DNA of 64,000 nucleotides from Takakia lepidozioides. Its lineage: Eukaryota > Plantae > Bryophyta. The stretch covers positions 76,322,001 through 76,386,000 of the forward strand of contig CM060733.1 of the NCBI GenBank assembly GCA_030704615.1. The letters are read 5' to 3'. Under the pieces are notes generated by a model. That model worked only from the letters and a program-made list of their open reading frames with translations, ran no database searches and was not told the origin of the DNA. Numbering within the stretch: the stretch's first letter is position 1; each line of letters opens with the position of its first letter. This document shows positions 11,475 to 25,800 of the stretch, one piece after another. A program made the translations under genes and the position numbers.

Positions 11475-14400
11475 CGCTCGAGCTGGCTGCTCTCGACTAT
11501 GCCAATATTCCCAGTCAAGAGAAAGGTAACCTTTCTGCCTCCCGAAGTCGATGGCAATGTCAATCTTCGAGTTTCCACTGTTTCTTAGTCAAGGAAAAAG
11601 AAGCCTCGGGGATGTTAACAGACATGGATCGAAAGCAATGACGGACACCCCTGGTGTGTGACGAAGACCAGTAGCACGAAAATTGCTGATGGTGTGTGTG
11701 TACGATATGTCCTCTGTGCGGGGAGCTGAGGTGCCTCAATCCCACCTGCTTCCACTTTCTCTCCAAAGAGGGCGGAGAAACGAGACGGATTGGACTGGCA
11801 CAACGCATTATCCATTCATTGTCTCCAGCCAAGCTCCTGCGGGTTCTTTCAAGTGTGCACATTGCAAAGAACCACCGACGGCATGTCCATGTGCAGAGCC
11901 AAGCAATATACGTAATCCATTTGCTCCCGGACTTGACTAGAGCTTGCATACACGTTGGGGTCCACTGCCACCCCTTGGCGAGAGGAACATGCGGAGGCTG
12001 TGCAGGAAGCACAGGACATCATAAAAGAGGAGGTGAAATTGAGCCCCGGAGCCAGACCAAAGCAGATTCAGCTGAAGGCAGCCACAAGATTGCTCTTGGC
12101 AAAATCATGTCTGAAGATGGTTCCGACCGAGAGCCCTTGACCGAAGACGAGATGCGTGACCTCTTGGAGTCCGTCTCGCACGTTTGTAGTCCGAATGTGC
12201 GGAATCACATCGTATCTTGCAAGCAGGAGTTCGGCAGGGGGTCGGACATGTACTCAATCCTGGAGGTGAAACGAATGACTGGATATGACTACATCCAAGG
12301 TAGCAGGTTTCCAGGGCAAGGCAGAAAATCCGATCGTTGTTACATTTTCAAAATGTCGACGTGTGGGCCTGGGAGTGGAGTCGACTTGGTCACTCGCATG
12401 ACAACTGGAAACTTGTCGAATGCTTGGGTGATGTTTGATCACATCAAGCGAATTACAAACCATCAGTGGGTGACTATGGGTGCGCATGTTTATGACTATC
12501 ACTCCAAGAGGCTCATGACGATTGCAATCTGCGAGATGAAAGGGGAGGACACACAGTCCGAGATGCATCTGTGGGAGGGCATAAACGAGCAGATGGCAAG
12601 GGCGGGATTGCCAGAGCCCAATTTCAGGGGATTCATGGCAGACAACGCTCAGGCCAACTGGGCAGCGGTGCGGCGTGTGTACGGTGAGGACCCCAATGTT
12701 CCAATGGAGGGGAAAGAGAGAATCCTGTGGATTCCATTGGATGCAGAGTATCCCACTACACTACCAATTTGTTGCTAGCTCATTCCAGGCTGAACACCGT
12801 GTCCTTTGTACGGCGTGGAAGGATGCACCCACATTTGATGACGCGGAGGTTAAGTTTGCTATCATCGAGGCTTGGTGGAACACGTTAGGTGCAGTGGAGA
12901 CAACCAATCTGGGAGCATTGCACAGCTGGTTGGGGTGGTGGCATTTTCGGTATCGACAGTTCGGACAGTACATGCGGGAGGTAGGCTGCTGTCATTTTCG
13001 TTCATTTGTCTTTCTGTTACGGACATTTCGATTGGTCCCTCACCGTTGTTTGTGTCCTTCTAGGAGCGGTGCTTGGATTCCGACACGGACATGCCGAACA
13101 CGAATATGGCAGAATCGGTCCACTCCTCCTGGCGAGCGTCTTCTGCCGCACATCTGGTGGACGTAGTGACGGCCACAACGGAGGACATCGACAGAGCAAT
13201 CATGCAGCAAGCCACGTACTACAAGTTCCTGAGCGGCAAACAATGGGGCTTTGGGCCGGACAGGGAGGAATTGTTGGTACGAACAGCTTCGAGGTCCAAG
13301 AATCCAGTGAAATGGGCGACAGCATTGCGAGAGAAGATCAAAGGGACGCCTCTGCACCGCAGAGGTGAACACCTAGAGGGGGACGTCCGGACTCGCCCTG
13401 TCAGGCGGAGGATTGAAGAGGAACCCGGGTGCGAAGAGGATTCCTGGAGATCCGACAGGAACATTCGGACAGCACCTCGAGGTCCCGTCATGTTGCCGCA
13501 CAATGTGTCTTCCAGCAGTGGAAGCCCAAGAAATTCCAGATCGCCGTCGCCTTCAACCGGGGATTTCGTGCAACAAATTCCCACCGCTCCCTTGCCCCAC
13601 ATTCCGCCCGCTGTTATGCAGTATGGCCAAGCCATTGTGGAGACGACTGTGTCTGCCTCACAGTGGAGAATTGCTCGCACAAAGCCGTCGTTTCGAGGAA
13701 GGTGTTCCGCAATTCGTGTGGATACACGGCAACGTTGTTTAGAGATGATAAGGAGGAATCCAGATGGGGCTGTCCCTGCTCCTACTTTTACAGGAAGATT
13801 TGTCCATGCAAAGTTTGCGGAGGCGACAACCACCCAGTTCTGGTTCTGCAGGCACGACATTATGACTTGCGTGTATGGAAAGCCCAAGTACGGCATACAG
13901 ACAATGCCAGAGGCCCCCCGGTGTGGCCGGTGGAACCAGGCTGCGATCTGAGTCAGGTTGAGGCCGACGCCCTTACCGCCGCAGGATTTCGGATGGTGCA
14001 GCGCACTGACGTGCCCAGACAACCATTTCCGCTTCCACAGCCTCCACCACCGACCCCTGTGAGAGCAAGAACAATGGGACACGACAGCTCTAAGCATCCT
14101 ACACACCGTTGGGGGAACCGAAGAGGCGGCGACCTCCCTCAAAAGTGAACGAGACAAGGATGGGGGAATGCACTTCGGATGAACTGTACAATCCAGAGCT
14201 CGACAGAAGTGCCCCCACCAGGATTCGGGCGTGTGTATCAGATGGCCACGGCGGGCTCAGCTGTTCGCAATGAGGTGTACACCATCACCATTTCAGAATT
14301 ACCCACCTGCAATTGCACCGACTTCCAGATCATGGCGAACAAGGGGGCATCATACTGCCCTTGCAAGCATTTGTACTACGTGTACCTAAAGAGACTCCGT

Positions 14401-14535
14401 TGTAATTCCACAACTCATCACTTCATACATGCACCAGGGTTGAGCCCCCAGGAGGTTCACACTCTTCTGAATATGGATCCAGGGACCAGTGAGCTTGGCT
14501 TGCGGTCCACATACAATGGTACGCCCATCGGATAG
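11475..14535 (+). pseudogene. MULE-type DDE transposase with N-terminal WRKY/GCM1-like Zn finger and C-terminal SWIM domain; frameshifted
   Basis: RACIHVGVHCHP; VMFDH..; FMADNAQANW; SCGFHW; TNMAESVH; SWIM CNCTDF..CPCKH. Phase-0 GT-AG intron at 12981-13063. Frame breaks near 12720, 13916 and 14146. Confidence 0.75.
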
Positions 14536-15338
14536 TAGAACTGTACTGCTGCCAGTACCTCAGACTCTGGCCACACAAAGGTCCGACATATGTCTTGCCT
14601 ACCAGTAACCTGTTTTGATCGAACTAAGATATTACTATATCGTTCACTTGTTTCCACGTGCATGTATTTTTGTATGTTGGAGGGTTCATGTTTTTCTGCT
14701 TTCCGAAAACTTGCTCTCCTCATTCGACCTCCGACAAGGAAATGCGGCGCCGAATTTCCAAGTATCGTCGTAGGTACCCCAAGAGGCGGTCTTTCGCCAA
14801 CACCAAACCGCTCCGAAATTTCGCACGTGCGACCCCTAATGCGGCACCCTATTTCCCAGTTCAGTTGCAAACCTTTCCCGCCGAATACCCGAAGAAGACA
14901 GAATTGTGAAGTACTGCATACTGTATTGGTGCAGACTCCATTGGTTCAATCGCGGCAAAAGGGTCAGCTTCATTCCAATGTTAAGGCATGTAAAACCGCG
15001 GAATACTCTATACAGGCCAGTATGCGACGTCCTTTTGCAGTGGTATACTGGATTTCCCGTTGCACGGTCACTTATTTCCATGAGCGGATCTATAAAACCA
15101 TGAGCGGACTTGTTACTGACGACATATCTTCGCCGCATTACATGATCTGGAACGTCCAAAAACGGCAAGGTCAAATAAAAAACTATTATTTTAATACTTG
15201 TTTAATCTGCCGCATTTCCAAATTTGGAGGAGTCCGCTCATGAAATCCGCGTATCTTAGACTTCGGCTCACCGCTCATGCGGCTCATGCGGCTCATGGCT
15301 CATGGCTCATGGTTTCTGCTCATGAAATAGTAAACCTC
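11475..15338 (+). mobile_element. Mutator-like (MULE) DNA transposon, right part with terminus
   Basis: Transposase gene; (GCTCATG)n subterminal repeats at about 15235-15323; end ..CATGAAATAGTAAACCTC, whose reverse complement matches the element start at 57812. Confidence 0.8.
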
Positions 15339-15469
15339 CCCCCAACTTCCCCTCTCCGCGTGGCATATTCTCCAAGTTTGACTTCCAAACTTCTTATTCA
15401 CTTGATGGCCACTTTTCTGACGTTAATTCGCGTCCACCTGTCACTGACCTAATGGACTGTGTAACCTGC

Positions 15470-15675
15470 ATGGGCTGTGTTGGGCTGTGAAGGCTGTGGG
15501 CTTGTGGCGGGCTTGTGATAGGCTGTGACACGTGTTGGGCGGTGATAGGGTGGTCACGCTGTGATGGGCTGTGTGTGAAGCTGTGTCACATTGCGAGGGG
15601 TTGGATAGATTGCTTTTTGTCACGCCGTGATGGGCTGTGATAGGCTGTGTCACGCTTTGATGGGCTGTGATAGCT
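15470..15675. repeat. 10-bp tandem repeat (GGGCTGTGAN) in the gypsy 3' LTR
   Basis: Decameric periodicity; related arrays at 29525-29695, 39565-39605 and 41805-41910. Confidence 0.85.
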
Positions 15676-15895
15676 ATGCAAACACCTGTACTCCCCGCCC
15701 TGGTCATACACGCTTGGCTTAGCGACAAGTGCTTCATACTCCGGTGGATATCACTGGGCGCAGCCCGTGACTGTTTTTGAGTTCAACATGCAAATCGTGC
15801 CGCAATGTTTGTCATGGGATACCAATGTATCCCTTCAACTTATTGGCAGGACTCTCCCCAGCATTTCTTTGTTAATGGTTTGTAACATGGCGGTG

Positions 15896-16618
15896 TGTCG
15901 CACACCTCGATTCGGTAAACTCCCCTTCAAGTCATAGTTACTCGCTTTGATGCGCGCGCCTGACTCCCAACCTGGCCGCCGGGCCAACTTGGAGTTTCGG
16001 CTGCTCACCGGGACATAACGGTCCCCTTCCGCTTCCCTCTAAACCCTCCACCTATTTGGGACTAGGAGAATTCCCTTTGGTAGATGGCAGTCCGGAACAG
16101 CTCCCCACTCTTTGGTCGCTTTCCGGCTCGCTCGCTTACTCACTAGTTTTGGTCACCAACGGGCTTGCACCGTTCTCGGGGTTACTACTCCCTATATATA
16201 CTTCTGTAGCTGTCCGCGGGGGTTTCATAACCAGCCATGCCATTTTATGGCGAACCACCACGAAAACCCTCGACTCCCGGTGGTGAGTCGCGGTGAGTCT
16301 TGGCCCACTCACCGCGGCCCCAATGGACCGTGATGAGTCCCAAGACTCCCCACGACTCCCACCTCGAGGTCTCCACCCCATGGTGAGTCCTATGCCACCC
16401 CCACTAAGTCCCACTAAGCTACCACCACCCCTTGTGGAGCCACCTCCACCGCAACCCGGTGTGCGGGGCTCCACCTAGTGAGCGCCTCCGCCTCCTTGAG
16501 TGCCTTGGGCACTCAAGGGTGCTTCAGCCCCCCATACCTATCGCTGCCGCTGCCCCCACCACAGGGGCAGCCCCTCATGTGTCCCGACCCCCTGCCCTCA
16601 AGGCAAAGGGCCGCGACA
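15896..16618 (-). repeat. Chromovirus 3' LTR
   Basis: 723 bp; I see only one T-run indel and one C/T change relative to the 5' LTR. Confidence 0.97.
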
Positions 16619-17520
16619 CACACCCCTACCAACAGGGAGTCGATGTCCTCATCGACTTGTCCATTTTGTAGAAACGAACATCCAAGTTGTGGCGTCCCAC
16701 ATCAAGGAGTTTGTTTCCGTACCATGGCGTCCCATGGCAAAGAACCCAACCCCACACTTGACTCCACTCTCCACTAGCTAGTTCGGCCGACTTCCTCCAA
16801 GTCCCGGCCAAGGGTGGAGCCTCTCCAGCTCCTCCCAGTGCACTCTTCTTGGCCTACTTCAAGGCCAAGGAACGATCCTCCCCGAGGATCGAATCGCCTT
16901 ACTGCAACAACATTGCTTGCGATCGCTCATGATGCCGCTTTTGGCATCACCTTGAGCAAGGGTTCACCTGAACCCTCTTTGACTAGGAAGATAACCTTGA
17001 ACCAACCGTGCGCCCCAATCACTACAATTGGGTCCGCCTTGGAATGCTGGCCTGAGGTACGGGAACACGCCGAAGCCGCACTACGACTTCGTCCCGAGGC
17101 TACACGATTATAGTACGTGAACGGAAGCACGTAGCTTCCGCGTTAGCCCGCACTACAAGGCAACCCCCTCGTAGCGCAGTTATAGTACGCGCACGCGCCA
17201 GGTGCGCACTAGCACTTGAACTCCCAAATAAGGCGCAAGTTTCCTTGCCCCTTGGATGGGAGTCACCCGATTTCGGCACTGCGCAAACACACGATTAACC
17301 CAATTTACCTCTCCCACTTTTGTAAGCTAGCATGCATTCTACACACCAGCCAACCACACCATGCATCACCATTCCAAACACAATAGGACGCACAATATTT
17401 GGAACCCATTTCCTTTATCAAAATTTTGTACAATACAAGTTTTTGCAATCGGATTCCTGAGCTAGCTAAACCGGGCTAAGCATGCATTTCCTCCCCCACG
17501 CTCCAAGGTTGATGTCCCCA

Positions 17521-20500
17521 TCAACGCTTCTTCCGCTTTTGAGGTCGCCCTTCGAACGCTGCAACTGCCTCGGATGCGTTTCCCATTTCTGAGGCACGCA
17601 CCCAAGATGCCTCCACAAGATGATAGCCCTTCCATTTGACGAGATACTCCGTTTCTCGGTTCTTGAACCTCCTCGACTTAAGTATTGCCTCCACCTCGTA
17701 CTCGGGTTCATTTTCATGATCCAACAGCATAGGTGGCGGACGCAACACTTGCTGCCGATTCGGACGTGCTTCATCTTTGAAGTAAGGCTTCAAAAGGGAG
17801 ACATGGAATACTGGGTGCACCTTGCTGTTTGCTGGCAGCTCCAATTCATACACATCCTCATTCATAACCCTCCGAATGCGAAAGGGACCCGCATACGGAG
17901 GTACGAACTTCGGACTCATTTCCGGAGGTAGTCGAAAATTCTTGATGTTCAACCAGACCTCTGTGCCTGCCTCAAACTTCACTTCCCTCCGCTTCCGATT
18001 CGCCTGCCTTTCATACCGTTTCCTAGCTTTGGCAATGTTGTACTTTGCGAGCTTCAACAAACGCTCGCGTTCTTCCAGTACCGCCGCTACTGCCGGTTCC
18101 TCAACGTCCTGGGCGGCCCAACTTGTCGGCACCAGAGGTGCTTTTCCATAGACCAACACAAAAGGGGAAACTCCCGTCGCGGAGTGTTCTGTGTTATTAT
18201 AACAGAACTCTGCCGCGTCTAAGTGTTCCATCCAGTCTGATTGGTCTGCCGACACGTAATTCCGCAAGAATTGCTTCACTACGGAATTCACTCTTTCCGT
18301 TTGGCCGTCCGTCGTAGGTCGGAAGGCGGTGCTCATCTTCAGCCTCGTCCCCATCTTCTTCCAAAGTGCTCTCCAGAATTTACTCGTAAACTTTGGGTCG
18401 CGGTCCGAGACAATATCCTTCGGGACTCCATGATGCTTTAAGACGTGGGCGAAGTAAAGTCGCCCTGTCTCCTGCGCAGTTGCCGTCTCCTTGGTGGGGA
18501 TGAAATGGGCCATTTTACTGAACCTATCTACCACCACCATGATTGCATCGAATCCTTTTGACAGCGGCATAGCAGTCATGAAATCCATCGAGACGCTTTC
18601 CCAAGTCCCCTCTGGAATCGGCAAGGGTTGTAACAGCCCCGCTTGCTTTTTATACTCGCTCCGGTTTTGTTGGCATGTGGTGCATGTCTTTACATACTCC
18701 TCTGCCTCCTCCCTCAGTTTGGGCCAGAAATACTCTTTCTTCAAGAGTGCCGCAGTGCGCTTGGCTCCACCGTGGCCCGCAAGCGGGCTATCATGGCATT
18801 CTCTCAAGAGACTATCCCTGATCCCTCCCTTTGGCACATAGAGACGTTTTTGCTTATACCGGAGCAGTCCGTTTTGCAAGTGGAACTGCGATTTAACCCC
18901 CATTCTCAAGTTCTGCATCACGCACTTTGCCAGCTCATCCTTCCGGCAAGCCTTCCGGATCTTCCTTTGGAGCGCCGTCTCGCCCTTGTACACCAACAAG
19001 AGCTGCTGCTTTCTACTTAAAGCATCGGCCACCACATTGTCCCGTCCCGGTTTGTACTGGATATCCACGTCGAACACTGCCAAAGTATCTTGCCACCTAA
19101 GTTGTTTTGGGGACAACTTGGGCTGCGTGGCAAAATACTTCACCGTGACATTGTCCGTGAACACCTTCACTGGGTTGGAACCAACATAGTGGCGCCAGAG
19201 TTCAAGGCAATGTACCACCGCCTTCATCTCTTTTTCGTGCGTCGGCCACCGTCGCTCCACTTCATTCAGTTTCTTACTTTCGTAAGCCACTGGACGTCCA
19301 TCTTGCATAAGTACACCCCAATTGCGAAGTCCGATGCATCTGTATGAATCTCAAACGGACGATCGAACTCCGGGATTTTTAAGACTGGAGCTTCCGTCAT
19401 CCGCTGCTTCAATTCAGCAAAAGCTTGGCCACAAAATGTGTTCCATTCCCCAGACTTTGGATTTACACAGAAGGTCCGACAGCGGCCCCGCGATCTTGGC
19501 GAAATTTCTCACATACTTCCGGTAATAGGAGGCGAGTCCTAGGAAGGATCGCACTCCCGGGACCGAAGTCGGAGGCTCCCAGTCCAAGATCGCCCTCACC
19601 TTTCTGTCATCCATTTTGATCCCATCCTGTGTAATCACGTGCCCCAAGAACTCCACTTTTGTGACCCCGAATTCGCACTTTGAAGCTTTGGCATACAGCT
19701 TCCCTTCTCGCAATTTTTGGAACACCCTTTTGAGGTGCTCCAGGTGCTCCTCCTTTGTTTTCGAGTACACCAAGATGTCGTCGATGTACACGATCACAAA
19801 GTCATCCAACCACTCCTGGAAAAGGCTGTTCATCAGCGTGCTAAATGTCGCTGGTGCATTGGTGAGCCCAAAAGGCATCACCAAGAACTCATATGAACCA
19901 TACCTTGTCCTGCACGCGGTCTTCTCCTCATCTCCTTCCGCCACCCGAATTTGGTGATAGCCGGAGCGCAAGTCGATCCGGCTGAAATACTTCGCTCCTG
20001 CCAACCGATCGAAGAGGTCGTCGATCCTTGGCAAAGGGTACCGGTTTTTGATAGTCACCTTATTCAGAGCCCTGTAATCGACACACATCCGCAGCGTCCC
20101 ATCCTTCTTGTCTGCAAATAGCACCGGGGCTCCGTAAGGTGACTTACTCGGCCGGATGTACCCCTTTGACATTAGATCTTGAGCTGAGTCTTCAGCTCGA
20201 CCAACTCTTTGTGGCTCAACCGGTAGGGCGCCTTGGCAGGCGGTTCCGATCCCGGTATCACCTCAATTTTGTGGTCAACTCCTCTTCGCGGTGGCAAGCC
20301 GCTTGGTAAATCCTCCGGCATCACATCCTGGTATTTCTCCAAAATCCCCTTGATCCAATCTGGGCTCGGCTCCCCATCGCCTTCTCCTTTCACTTCTCTA
20401 ATGTAAAGCAAAAACTGGGACTCGTGTGTCTCCTCCACGGCCCACTCCTTTGCTGATAGAAGGTTTATTCGCCCTCCCACGGATTTGGGCGTTTCCGACA

Positions 20501-22082
20501 CTCGTAAAACCTCGCCACCATTCCCACATGGCAGCGTGACTACTCTCTTGCGGCCATCTATGACCGCTCCGGATTTGCTCAAAAAGGTCATTCCCAAAAT
20601 GAGATCCACTCCATCGATCTCGCAGATAGTGAAGTTCTCACGTCCCTCCCAACTCCCCAGTTGAAGAGGAACATCAAACGCCAACCTTGTCGCCAACTGA
20701 GGTTCTCCTTTGGCAGAGCGCACCTCAATAGAGGCCCCCACGTCACTTGTCGGGAGTCCCAACTTTCGCGCCGCCGCCGGCGTCATGAAGGAGTGCGACG
20801 CTCCTGTGTCCACCAACAACGACACATTAGTTCCGGATATTATCCCATCCACGAACAATAACTGACTCCCTTTTCGTAAGGCGCCAGTTTCCTGATACAA
20901 CTCACAAGAAAATTTGCCTACCTTGCAAGTCCTGGCGACCACCGCTTCCACCAAGCGACTGATGGTATCTTCCGACAGCTCCGTGGTCGCCCGAGTCATG
21001 TTCAATTGCCGGGGCTTCGTGCACTTCTTGGCCATGTGCCCGGGCTCCCCGCAATTGAAACACACTCCATCAAAGGTCGCCTTCTGTCCGCCATAAGTCG
21101 CTCCACCCGCTTTTCCTTTCGAAGCACCGGGTGCCGCCTTGACGTGTGAAGGACCTCCCTTCGATTTCCACGTGCCATTTTCGCCGCGTGGCCTATCCCA
21201 CTTCTTTTCCGGTCGGGAGGAGTCACCTTCCCGCCGGGTCTTCTTGTGGTTCAGCTCCGTACGGCCTTGTCTCTCACCCCTAGGGACATCCGAGAAACAT
21301 TCAGCTCTCTCAATTGCCTCGTTCAAAGTCTTGGGTGGCTTCTCCTCCAACTTCCGCCTAGCCCATGGGGCCAGTCCCGCCACAAAGTTGAAGACCATTT
21401 CTGGTTCTGCCATGTCCGCGACTTCGAGCAACAGCACATTGAAAGCCTGGACATACCCCCGAATGTCATCTGTTTGCTTCAAATTCCTCATCTTGTCCCG
21501 GGCAAGCCAGGATGCGTTGAGGGGCACAAACTGTCTCTTCATCAATTCCTTGAACTCACTCCAGTTCAAGGTTTCCGGGCTTGGGCCTCGGTCGTGAAGG
21601 CGTTTCTGCCACCATTGTTGAGCATAGCCCCTCAAATAGGTGGGAGCCACTTCCACCCGATCCTCGTCACTCAACTTGGCCGCCCGGAAGTACTGCTCTA
21701 GCTCCAGGAGCCAGGTGTTGAGTGCCTTCCGGTTTCGAACGCCCTCGAAGGTGCCGGGTTCCTTAGGCTTCACCTTAAACTTTGCCTTGGTGGAAGTGGC
21801 ATTAGCCGCCTTCAACACGTCTTTCAACGTCCCGCCAAACTGCGCCAACAACCCTTCCCAAAAGGCTGCCGGCATGGGAGGCATCTCTTGGTTTGTCGGA
21901 GCTCTCAAAGATTCCTCGGGCTCCGACTCCTCGGATTCCTCCCGCTCCTGAGCGGCCTCGTTTTCGGAAACATTAATCGCTTCCTCAAACGGCCGCCTCG
22001 GTGACACGTCGCCCCCATCGGGCTCACCGGGATCATCATCTTTTGGGCCGTTCCGCTTTCGCTTCGGCTTGCCCGACCCCAT
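17521..22082 (-). CDS. Chromovirus Gag-Pol (gag, CCHC knuckle, protease, RT, RNase H, integrase, chromodomain) with 3 homopolymer frameshifts
   Basis: [14 protein letters not shown]; LVDTGASH; YIDDIL; HTDASD; H..H..C..C with DDE integrase; GPF; chromodomain [18 protein letters not shown]. Confidence 0.93.
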
Positions 22083-22137
22083 GATGAGGCCAATCCCAAG
22101 GACGATCGCGTACTGAACTCTAAGCTCTGATACCAAG

Positions 22138-22861
22138 TGTCGCACACCTCGATTCGGTAAACTCCCCTTCAAGTCATAGTTACTCGCTTTGATGCGCGCG
22201 CCTGACTCCCAACCTGGCCGCCGGGCCAACTTGGAGTTTCGGCTGCTCACCGGGACATAACGGTCCCCTTCCGCTTCCCTCTAAACCCTCCACCTATTTG
22301 GGACTAGGAGAATTCCCTTTGGTAGATGGCAGTCCGGAACAGCTCCCCACTCTTTGGTCGCTTTCCGGCTCGCTCGCTTACTCACTAGTTTTTGGTCACC
22401 AACGGGCTTGCACCGTTCTCGGGGTTACTACTCCCTATATATACTTCTGTAGCTGTCCGCGGGGGTTTCATAACCAGCCATGCCATTTTATGGCGAACCA
22501 CCACGAAAACCCTCGACTCCCGGTGGTGAGTCGCGGTGAGTCTTGGCCCACTCACCGCGGCCCCAATGGACCGTGATGAGTCCCAAGACTCCCCACGACT
22601 CCCACCTCGAGGTCTCCACCCCATGGTGAGTCCTATGCCACCCCCACTAAGTCCCACTAAGCTACCACCACCCCTTGTGGAGCCACCTCCACCGCAACCC
22701 GGTGTGCGGGGCTCCACCTAGTGAGCGCCTCCGCCTCCTTGAGTGCCTTGGGCACTCAAGGGTGCTTCAGCCCCCCATACCTATCGCCGCCGCTGCCCCC
22801 ACCACAGGGGCAGCCCCTCATGTGTCCCGACCCCCTGCCCTCAAGGCAAAGGGCCGCGACA
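22138..22861 (-). repeat. Chromovirus 5' LTR
   Basis: 724 bp, followed on the minus strand by the Met PBS. Confidence 0.97.
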
Positions 22862-25800
22862 CGGTGTTATTATCATACATCTTCTGTATGACATAAGGTC
22901 ATTTCCATGGTGATTTAAGCTTAAAAGCTTTAATCTTCCCATTCTTCTGCAACCACAGTACCAAATCTCCTGTCTTAAAAGTCTTTAATTTACCTTCATC
23001 AAACTGATCCTTCCTCTTCATCTGAATTCTGGTTATGTTATCAACTGCATCAGCACGTACTTCTTCCACATGATATAATTCATGTTTCCTGACCTTAATT
23101 GAATCTTCCAATTCCATTCTCCTTCCCCATTCAGTTCTCATGGTAGGTAACAAGAATTCCACTGGAAGTAAAGCTTCCATACCATAAACTAATTGGAATG
23201 GTGTATACTTAGTGGTGACTTTATATGAAGTCTTGTATGACCACAAAGCTGTCAGCAGCTTTGTATCCCAATCTGTTCTGTTTGCATTGACTATCTTAGC
23301 CAAGATAGTACATAATATTTTGTTGGTAGCCTCTGCCTGCCCATTACCTTGTGGGTAATATGTTGTACTCTTCCTATGCACAATCATGAACTCTTTAGTC
23401 AATAGTTCAATGGTCTCATTAATGAAGTGACTTCCCTGGTCACTGATAAATTCCAGGGGACAGCCAAATCGTGTAAGTATGTTCTCATACATGAACCTTG
23501 CTATGGACTTAGCTGTGTTGTCCCTCAGAGCTTTAGCTTCCACCCACTTTGTAGTATAATCAGTGGCTGTGATTATATACTTGTTCTGTGTATTCTTGGC
23601 TGGTGGGTTAATTGGTCCAACAAAGTCTAGTCCCCATTTCTAAAATGGTTCAGTAGGCATCGTAGGATGCAAAGCCATCTTCCCAGATCTCTGCAATGGT
23701 CCTAGCCTCTGACACTCATCACAACTCTGACAATACTTGTGTACATTCTTGAACAAAGTAGGCCACCAGTAACCTGCAAGTAGTATCTTTCTACTAGTAG
23801 TCTCTTCTCCAAAATGACCTCCAGCCACTCCTTTATGAACTTCCTCCAAAACTTTATTTACTTCATGGTGGTGCAAGCATCATTTAAGTACTCCATCAGG
23901 TCCTAGCTTATACATTCTGCCCCCTACCATAGTATAAGATAAAGCCTTGATAGCGATTCTCTTCCTCTGCTCCTTACCATAACTAGGTGGGCAGTGACCA
24001 TGAGTAAGGTAGTATTTGATTGGCCACTACCAATCTAACCAGTCATCTGCACTTCCCTGCACCTCCACCGCAAATAAACTCGCATAAGGTAATTGGTCGT
24101 CTACTCCTGTGGCGGGCTCTCCTGTTGATAGGCGTGACAAGTGATCTACCACAAGATGCAAACGGCCAGGCTTGTAAACAACTTCGAACTCAAACTCGTG
24201 CAAGATTATTAACCACCTTGCTATCCTTCCACTTATCAAAGGTTTGTTCACCAGATATATCAGAGCCTGGTGATCCACATAAAACATAAACTTTCTTCCC
24301 AATAGGTAATGCCTGAATTTCTTGACTGCATAAATCATTGCCAGTGCTTCTCTTTCAGTTGTGCTATAGTTCCTTTCAGCACTGTTCATCAACCTGCTAG
24401 CATAGTACACAGGTGAATCTATATTTCCTGTAACATTTTGGGCTAACACTGCTCCCAACGCTTCTCCTGAGGCATCACAGTGAACATGAAATACTACATG
24501 CCAGTGAGGGTTAATCAGCACAGGTGTAGTTGTTACTGACAATGTAAGTTCCTCAAAAGCCTATTGATATTCAGCTGTCCATACAAACACTGCATCTTTC
24601 TTCAGAAGCTTGCTCAATGGTGCTGCTATCTGTGCATACCGTCTGACAAATCTTCTGTAATAACTGGTTTGTCCAAGGAATCTCCTTAGACTCTTAATAT
24701 TTACTAGTGGTGGAGAGGCTTTAATGGCCTTTGTCTTTCTGGGATCCACAAGAAGTCCCCTCGTACACACAATGTGTCCCAAGAGCACCCCTGAGTTCAC
24801 ACAGAAAGTACACTTCTCTGGATTCAGGCCCAGACCTCTAACCTTCTGTGCATAGTTGGGATTCATTCTGTACCTTGCCTGTTTGATTGGTACTGACCCT
24901 GGTTCCAGTTCAATCTTGTGTTGACAGATATCAGGTGGTATCCCTTTCAAATCCTCGTAGCTCCAAGCAAATACATCTCTGTATTTGATGAACAGACTTT
25001 TAGCTTCCTCAAAGAATTCTGGCTCCAAATCAGCCCCTACCTTCACCATCCTCGGTTCCCCTTCAGTTCCCACATTCACTTCTCTCACCTGCTCATCAGC
25101 TGTGATTGTCCATCCAGTCACCACTTCATCCTGTAAACTCACAATGGCTGGTTCCTCTAGGATTTCCATTTCTCCCTGTCTTTCTTCATAGAAATGTGGT
25201 GGGTAACTGCTTGTTTCATCTTCAATTGGTGTTGCTGTCACTACACCACAACAGATACCTTTTAAACAACTTAGGCCTTCCAGTTGCATCTCTGCAACCT
25301 GCTCCCACTCTAGGTGTGCAGCGAATAGGGTAGCTTCCTGCTCCTCATCAAGTCCTCCCCTCCAGTCATACTCCCTGACCCCTCGAGGTCTTCTCGTAGC
25401 AGGTAATCTACTAGATTTCTTAGTGGTGATTTGTATCTTGTGCATCCCATCATGCACAGTTAGTAACTGGGAATTCCAGTCATGGAATACCCTGGCCTGT
25501 TTCAACCACGGTCGACCTAACAATAAGGAGTAAGCTTCCATGACTTCATCCATTTTCAACACAGTTACTGTGATCATAAAGTTCATCTTTTGAATCTGTA
25601 TCTTAACTCCTCTTATCAATCCCAATGGCTGTACACTTCTTTGATCTGCCATTGTTACTGTAAATGGGGCTGGTTTCATGTTACTTAGACCAAGCTTCTG
25701 CCTTAATTGGTCTGTCATGATATTCACTCCAAAGCCTCCATCTATCAGTACATCAGTTAGTTCTGTGCTTCCAATTCTCAATTAGATTACTGGCATAAAA

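Larger units (their letters stand above)
15896..22861 (-). mobile_element. Full-length, very recent chromovirus (Ty3/gypsy) LTR retrotransposon
   Basis: TG..CA LTRs at 15896-16618 and 22138-22861, near identical; TSD CGGTG (15891-15895, 22862-22866); PBS TGGTATCAGAGC (tRNA-iMet) at 22124-22135; PPT next to 16619. Confidence 0.97.

Noticed and set aside
10637-11641. Long ORFs spanning the N run
   Set aside because: Artefacts of the assembly gap.
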